Shown here piece after piece: positions 61,470 to 64,000 of a stretch of DNA of 64,000 nt. A program made the translations under genes and the position numbers. A model generated the notes under the pieces. That model saw only the letters and a list, made by a program, of their open reading frames with translations. It was not told the DNA's origin and did not search any database. Positions within the stretch are counted from its first letter, which is position 1. Each line of letters opens with the position of its first letter. Origin of the DNA: an uncultured Candidatus Saccharibacteria bacterium (lineage in GTDB: Bacteria; Patescibacteriota; Doudnabacteria; UBA920). The stretch is from assembly GCA_964402965.1 (NCBI GenBank), contig CAYODY010000001.1, forward strand, positions 72,002 through 136,001. The letters run 5' to 3'.

Positions 61470-62168
61470 CTATTTATACAAATATAATAGCCAAAAATTT
61501 CGTTTATATGACTTTCCTTGGAATTGAGTGTGGCTAGATTTGCGTTCTATGTGTTTAATTTTAAAGTCAGAATAAAGATTTTGAATGTCTTCTTTTGTGA
61601 AAACTCGTTCTACAATTCTAGTTTCGGGCATGATGTAAGTATCTTTTTCGTTCATTGGAAACTTTTCTAGTAAGTTCTGAGCGTTTTTGTCTCCATCTTT
61701 ACACAGTGCTTTAACAAACATGTACCCACCTGGTTTTAAAACTCTGTTAACTTCCTTTATATACGCAGTTCTCTCGGCTTCAGTTAATGAGTTTGAAGAG
61801 ACTACATCAATAATAATATCGAATTCACTATCTCTAAGCGGAAAATCTTCACCTATACTATGCCTTAAGAATGTACACATTACACCAGCTTCATTTGCGC
61901 GTCCTTCAGCTAGTGCAATCGCTGTTTCTGAAATTTCCATGCCAGTGACCTCGCAACCACGTTCAGCTAAAAAAATTGAATTCTTTCCTGTACCAGATCC
62001 TAAATCCAAAACCCTCAACCCTTCGAGTTCAAGTTTTGCTGTTTTACGAAGCCACTTAATAAAATGTTTAAAATCTAACTGGGGCTCATTAGAATTACTA
62101 ATCAGTTTTGGGTTGCGATATTCTTTTTCCCAGACGTCTGTTTGAGGCATGTGTTTATAAACGAACAA
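61470..62168 (-). CDS. Class I SAM-dependent methyltransferase
   Basis: VLDLGSGTG, FDII, RVLKPGG. Confidence 0.9.
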   Translation of the reverse strand: MFVYKHMPQTDVWEKEYRNPKLISNSNEPQLDFKHFIKWLRKTAKLELEGLRVLDLGSGTGKNSIFLAERGCEVTGMEISETAIALAEGRANEAGVMCTFLRHSIGEDFPLRDSEFDIIIDVVSSNSLTEAERTAYIKEVNRVLKPGGYMFVKALCKDGDKNAQNLLEKFPMNEKDTYIMPETRIVERVFTKEDIQNLYSDFKIKHIERKSSHTQFQGKSYKRNFWLLYLYK

Positions 62169-62195
62169 CCCCGATTTCTCGGGATTGTTTTTAAT

Positions 62196-62525
62196 CTAAT
62201 TTCGTTTGAAGAATCTTCCTATTCTACGACGCAAACTTATTTGCTTATCTTTTTCTTTAGTTAACTGTTGTTTAATTTTAGGGAGTACAAGGTCAATTGC
62301 TTCGTAAAAGTCATTACCCATAGCATCTGCGTAAACTCCTCTAGGAGTTATATGCACTTCAACCCTGCTAAACAAACCTGATTTATGGTGAGTATCTTCC
62401 CCTATTTCAACGCGAATTTTGTCTTCAGGCTTCATAAAGCCTTCAATTGTTGAGATTTTGTTCTCAATAGTTTGACGAATCGCATCGGTCAAGGTTGTGT
62501 TTGTAGCTTTGATGTTAATGTTCAT
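62196..62525 (-). CDS. hpf: Ribosome hibernation factor (HPF/RaiA)
   Basis: MNINIKA.N..LTDAIR, DFYEAIDL...IKQQL; GGAG RBS. Confidence 0.88.
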   Translation of the reverse strand: MNINIKATNTTLTDAIRQTIENKISTIEGFMKPEDKIRVEIGEDTHHKSGLFSRVEVHITPRGVYADAMGNDFYEAIDLVLPKIKQQLTKEKDKQISLRRRIGRFFKRN

Positions 62526-62594
62526 AATTAAATCTCCTTGTACCTATATTATAGCACGTAATCCCTGTAAACTAACTTGCTAACTAGCTTTTGA

Positions 62595-64000
62595 CTAGCT
62601 AGATAAAGAAACCAAATCTTGAGCTAGGACGTTAAAATTACCTACCGCCATTACTATTACTACATCTCCAGACTTTGACTCACCTTTTAATATATCTAAA
62701 GCTTCTGATTTATCTTTCACAAGACGGACATTCTCGTGGTGTTTAGAAATTTCATCTACAACTTGAGCACCTGTTATATTTCCCTCTTGCACTCTTTCTC
62801 GTGCAGGATATATTTCTGCCAACAATACTTCATCTGCAGGCTCAAACGCTTTTGCTAATTCTGGCAATGTAGCTATTGTACGAGAAAAAGTGTGTGGTTC
62901 AAAAACAGCCCAAATTTTTTGATTCGGAAATTTTAAACGTGCTGTTCGAAGTGTTTCTAAAATTGCTGTAGGGTGATGTGCGTAATCATCGTAAACTTTA
63001 ACGCCATCTTTTTCTCCTATGAACTCGAATCTTCGTTTCACTCCATAGTAAGTTGAGATGCCATCTTGAACCTGTTCTTGAGTAAAGCCAAGTGTGCGAA
63101 GAGTGGCAATAACCCCTAAAGCATTATAAACATTTATATGGCCAGATAAATTTATGTTGTAATTCTCAGTTAAATTCTCTCGTCCTTCTTTTGTCCAAAC
63201 CACAGAAAAACTTGTTCCATCCTCAGTTGAAACTATGTCTGTAGCTCTAAAGTCTGCAGGCGCATCTAAGGCAAAGGAAATTTGCCCAACATTACTCTCG
63301 TACATAAGCTGAGTTAAAGCAATACTGTCTGCGTTATAAGCGACTAAAGCGTCTGATGGTAAGTCATGAATTAATGTTCTAAACTCATTTTGCATTTCTT
63401 CCAGAGAGTCAAATATATCTGGATGATCAAACTCCAAGTTTGTTAAAAGCAAAATATCTGCTTTGTATTGGTGGAATTTAGGGGTTGGGTCATTGTGTAG
63501 CGCTTTGTATTCATCTCCTTCAAATACAAAATAGTGGCCATCGCCAACATGAAAATTAGTGTTGTCATGTTGTAAAACTGCTCCGGTCATAAATGAGCTA
63601 TCATCAATTGTTTGCAAAGTTTTTCCTAGCATTCCTGCTGTAGTAGATTTTCCATGAGTACCAGCAACTACAACTCGGAGTTTGTCTTGCGCTAATGCTG
63701 CCAAGAGTTCGCTAAACGAATGGATCTCGATTTCTTGTTTTTCAAGCCAAGCTATTTCTGGGTTAGTTGTGCCTTCACCGGCAGAGGCAATATACAAATC
63801 CGCATGAGCATTTGCTACATTCTCTTCTGCAAAACCTGCAAAGTATTCTATATCGTTGTTTTCTAGTACAGACTTAGCGGGATCATAAAGTTCTTTACTG
63901 TCCGATCCAGAAACTTCAATACCCATCTGCGCTGAAATTCCTGCCGCAGCAGACATACCTACCCCTCCAATACCAATGAAATATATCTTTTTTACATTCT
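62595..64000 (-). CDS. murC: UDP-MurNAc:L-Ala ligase (MurC/Mpl family), 5' end beyond the right edge
   Basis: Frame stays open upstream of the ORF-track start (KKIYFIGIGGVGMS); AGTHGKSTT, EGDE, DHPD, DDYAHHPT, FEPHTFSRT. Confidence 0.9.
   Translation of the reverse strand, partial: NVKKIYFIGIGGVGMSAAAGISAQMGIEVSGSDSKELYDPAKSVLENNDIEYFAGFAEENVANAHADLYIASAGEGTTNPEIAWLEKQEIEIHSFSELLAALAQDKLRVVVAGTHGKSTTAGMLGKTLQTIDDSSFMTGAVLQHDNTNFHVGDGHYFVFEGDEYKALHNDPTPKFHQYKADILLLTNLEFDHPDIFDSLEEMQNEFRTLIHDLPSDALVAYNADSIALTQLMYESNVGQISFALDAPADFRATDIVSTEDGTSFSVVWTKEGRENLTENYNINLSGHINVYNALGVIATLRTLGFTQEQVQDGISTYYGVKRRFEFIGEKDGVKVYDDYAHHPTAILETLRTARLKFPNQKIWAVFEPHTFSRTIATLPELAKAFEPADEVLLAEIYPARERVQEGNITGAQVVDEISKHHENVRLVKDKSEALDILKGESKSGDVVIVMAVGNFNVLAQDLVSLSS

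Overview
AT-rich bacterial chromosome segment with almost every gene on the minus strand. The gene content (DUF4012-type protein, VirB4/TraG-like ATPase with a membrane partner, pilin-like repeats, sigma4-HTH protein, few metabolic genes) suggests a Patescibacteria/CPR organism; this is an inference. Housekeeping loci: rplI, ftsEX, prfB, dcd-tmk-thyA-folA, secE-nusG-rplK-rplA, gyrB, a complete atp operon, lepA, murJ-ftsW-murD-mraY-dac, secDF, secA, murC-like and five tRNAs. Highlights: (1) a single-chain, mitochondrial (FARS2)-type phenylalanyl-tRNA synthetase next to a free-standing PheT-B2-like tRNA-binding domain; (2) a tRNA-fMet gene split by a group I intron encoding an I-Ssp6803I-like PD-(D/E)XK homing endonuclease, with a variant target site; (3) an unannotated 58-aa Lys/Arg/Ala/Pro histone-H1-like gene with a long structured leader; (4) a type II restriction-modification cassette next to tRNA-Asp, bracketed by related hairpins; (5) apparently leaderless promoters, several structured leaders and enzymes with degenerate active sites. 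Protein family calls come from recognised motifs only; no searches were run.
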